A stretch of 63,778 nt of DNA, counting the filler, from Octopus bimaculoides (Eukaryota): NCBI RefSeq assembly GCF_001194135.2. It is 8 parts of 8 records of this genome, joined end to end, with 100 filler letters (N's around TTAATTAATTAA, not from the genome) between each part and the next. Parts side by side here need not be neighbours in the genome. Positions count along the whole stretch, not along the records: positions 62,530 to 63,778 come from NW_026338014.1; 7 more parts are not named here. One strand, given 5' to 3'. Made by a program: the position numbers and the translations under genes. Of the stretch, positions 62,530-63,778 are shown piece after piece. Numbering within the stretch: the stretch's first letter is position 1; the number at the start of each line of letters is the position of its first letter. The notes beneath the pieces are model-generated. The model saw only the letters and a program-made list of their open reading frames with translations, did not search any database and was not told the DNA's origin.

Positions 62530-63778
62530 ATCATAGTGGGCGCATTAGGTATGATAAAAAAAATATTCAGACAAATATATAACAAAACACCAGGACTAAC
62601 AGGTATATGCAACATACACAAAACAGCACTATTAGGCACCGCATACATCCTACGTAAAACACTTTCAATACAGTAAACATAAGAGCATCACAATAAACCA
62701 CAGTACATACCCAAGGCACAAAGAGCTGAGCTCGGTAGTGCATTGAAAGCACGTGATAAAAATCAAACCACTGAATAATAATAATTGCTGCTAAAGGCGC
62801 AAGGCCTGAAAATTTAGGAGAGGGCACTAATCGATTACATCGACCCAAGTATTTCACTGGTACTTAATTTATCGACCCCGAAAGGATGAGAGGTAAAGTC
62901 GACTGCAGCGGAATTTGAACTCAAAACGTAAAGACGGACGAAATACCGCTTAACATTCTACCCAGCATGCTAGCGATTCTACCAGCTCGTCGCTTTAATA
63001 ATACTACTAATAATAATGATGATAACAATTTTTTTTTACATGTCTTGCTTTAAAATAGAAGAGCTACAGCAAATATTCTGCTCAATACCACAGATTTGCT
63101 TGTCAGTTGCTTGACCTTAAACAGTTGAGCATGTCATGTCCCTTTAGTGGCTGACAATATGTACATCTCTGATCACGAGCAGGAGTAGTGGGGGAGAATC
63201 ATAGCCATGTGTTGAGAACAATTCTTTGAGGGTTTCGCTAATTCATCTCTGGAAACATGGGTGTTTCGTTCATCATCGTTAAACAACTCTCATTCAGAGA
63301 CTTTTTGAGCGGGATGGGCAACTCACCATGAAAAAAATTCTAACTGGACTCCTCCTGCAAGATCATGCCGTATTTATTTTGATATGTGGTCAACATGTTG
63401 CGCACAATTGGTTGTGATGCATGTGCCTGGTGTGTGTCACTTTGGTGTCATGCATTGCTATCTCACTCAATGATTATGATGATGATGATGATGATGATGA
63501 TAATAATGACAATAGTTGAAATAATCTTTTCTTTTATACGGATAATGCCTAAAATATCAGGGGAGAGTGCTTAACTGTTACCTATTTCATCGACACCGAA
63601 GGATGAAAGGCAAAGTCAACCTCAGCAGAATTTGAACACAGTGCATAATTAGTAGTGAAATGACGCTAAGCATTTTGTCCAACGCGCTAAGTATTTTGGC
63701 AGTTCACCGAGTAATAATATTAATAATATGGAGGCGCAATGACCCAGTGGTTAGGGCAGCGGGCTCGCGGTCATAGGA

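Overview
This is eukaryotic, AT-rich, microsatellite- and SINE-dense genomic DNA, most likely from an octopus (inferred from the repeat families and gene similarity). It is not one contiguous locus: seven identical 100-bp spacers (44 N + TTAATTAATTAA + 44 N) join separate assembly pieces, so adjacency across them is unreliable. Supported genes: seven in-phase internal exons of axonemal dynein heavy chain DNAH2 (+, 24146-32096); the N-terminal coding exon of a Na+/K+-ATPase beta subunit (-, 33011-33153); a 1749-nt acidic, heptad-repeat exon plus a probable last exon of an unidentified gene (-, 42311-49239); three candidate small exons (-, 52972-55958); and the last three coding exons of FAIM (-, 58340-62276). 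The rest is SINEs, MITEs, LINE and Penelope-like (PLE) fossils, simple repeats and N gaps. Most interesting: (1) at least five unrelated minimal type-I hammerhead ribozyme motifs, several in divergent inverted pairs. One textbook-intact copy lies in sense orientation in an intron, and one sits in a PLE 3' end behind a tRNA-like Pol III promoter. (2) An identical inverted copy of DNAH2 intron and exon pieces lies in an upstream DNAH2 intron, with the motif (CA)TATTGTG at all three junctions, placed so that it brackets five exons as expected for back-splicing or ADAR substrates. All structure calls were made by eye, with no database search.
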